Positions 62,601 through 64,000 of a DNA stretch of 64,000 nt are shown one piece after another. The notes below the pieces were generated by a model. The model ran no database searches. It saw only the letters and a list, made by a program, of their open reading frames with translations, and was not told the origin of the DNA. Origin of the DNA: Camelus dromedarius. Its lineage: Eukaryota. Where the stretch lies: NCBI RefSeq assembly GCF_036321535.1, contig NC_087436.1, forward strand, positions 92,320,001 through 92,384,000. Direction: 5' to 3'. Made by a program: the position numbers and the translations under genes. How positions within the stretch are numbered: position 1 is the stretch's first letter; each line of letters starts with the position of its first letter.

Positions 62601-64000
62601 ACAGAATGTTTTCATTTCGAGAAAGAAAACCCATTACAACAAAGCTGTTCAGTAGCATCCTGCTAAGTAAAGGCAGGTCACACTTGAGGTGCTGAGCCCT
62701 CCCATGCATGCTGTCAGACTAATTAGCCTGTGTGGAAACTGTGGCAGGTGTGTTTGGGGAACTGGGGAGAAGTGGAGGAGCTTTGCATTTAAAAGAAGGA
62801 GCTGTTAAAGCGTCATAAGACAGGCCATTGTCAGCTCTGTCCTTGCATGCTCTGTCCCCTCTGTCCCTACCAGGCTTCACTAATCACCTCCTCCGTGGCT
62901 TCCCTTCTTGACCTCTTACACTCCAAAGTTGTAAAGTAGGTGTACTTTTGGCGCAAGAAAGCTAAAAATTCAGCAAAGGACCCGGCATTTTTCCTTGTTT
63001 CCTCTACACCTGGTTCGAGCCAGGTCAGAGGAAGTCAGCGGTTAAAAAATAACTAGGTTACTGTTTTAGTCACCAGCATGTGACGTGGTCTATTTTAATT
63101 GTTCTCCAGTTGGCCACTTAGGAACCAGTTCAGAAGTAGAAACAACAATGAACTGTAACCGACTTTTATCCTTGACCAGTATTCAAGCCTTGATTTGTAT
63201 GTTGTGAGTTGATTTTCAACTTCACCAGAATTCTGCATTGTTCTCCATATCCTAAGATGGGTCTAGCCGCAGATTTGAAGAAGCTGTGCACTTCGAGCTT
63301 TTATTTCTGTGTTCCAGTTTCGTATTTCAAAAACAAATGAATTGGGGTTGGGGGAGGGGGCTGTGGATAGAAACATATCCTTAGTTCTAAGAAGCCTCCA
63401 GGAAAGCTGATGCTACAGGTCTCTGGACAACCTGTTGAGTAGCAAGGTTCTGTGCTATATCCAGAGATGTGTTGCTCTGCTTAGTTAGAATTCTAACTCA
63501 GAGTAGGACATAAAGGTAATTTACACTTGGAATAATCCAGGCCATGGAAGCTTTCAGAATAAATACCAAATGCCCATCAGATGGACAAAATTCAGATGGC
63601 TGATAGCAATTTGTGCCTTTCTGAGTTCATAGTCAGTGGAACCTCACGTAGTGCTGGTGACAGTGTGGATCGCAGCAGGGAAGTCATGTAGTTGTGTATG
63701 ATGAAAGTATAAATGCAAATGCCCTCGAGCTAGCAGCACTCTTTGGGGACCCTCTCCTGTGGAATATAATCATGTGGATATATTTCAGTGTTGTTTGAGG
63801 TGGTAGAAAAAAATAGAAGTCAGAATTTCCATCAACAGGAGGATAGTTGACTATACTATGATACAGCTGTTGTGTAAAACAGAGCTGTTTTGCAGCTGGA
63901 CTGGAATCGCTCTCTGCTTGTCTCAGGGACATTGGGAATTGTGATGCCCAACCTTGGCCACGAGCAAGACGAGATGGACTCCCTGGTGAATTAACACGCT

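Noticed and set aside
55338..64000. Search for ATP8A1 exon 6 (expected VLRNGAWEIVHWEK-like peptide)
   Set aside because: No matching sequence found. The cattgggaattg near 63930 lacks the peptide and splice context, so the exon lies beyond the window.

Overview
This is mammalian genomic DNA, with no sign of a prokaryotic or viral system. The window holds about 15 kb of repeat-rich upstream sequence, a CpG-island promoter, and the first five coding exons (+ strand) of ATP8A1, the P4-ATPase phosphatidylserine flippase. The exons splice in frame through GT-AG junctions to MPTMRRTVSEIRSRAEGYEKTDDV...[17 protein letters not shown]...NKKQTQ. Exon 6 was not found, so the gene continues past the window end. 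The rest is intron or intergenic DNA filled with L1, L2, MIR, MaLR LTRs, DNA-transposon fossils, and ancient CR1- and RTE-type LINE relics. The young tRNA-derived SINE and young L1 3' ends look camelid (inference). I found no convincing new biological system. The most notable observations are: a perfect 8-bp hairpin covering the exon 2 splice donor; an L1 3' transduction with a 17-bp target-site duplication (TSD); a pure (GCGGG)11 tract in the promoter; an orphan L1 5'-terminal fragment next to exon 5; and two degenerate RTE-clade relics. Repeat family names and boundaries were recognised by eye and are approximate unless a TSD is given.
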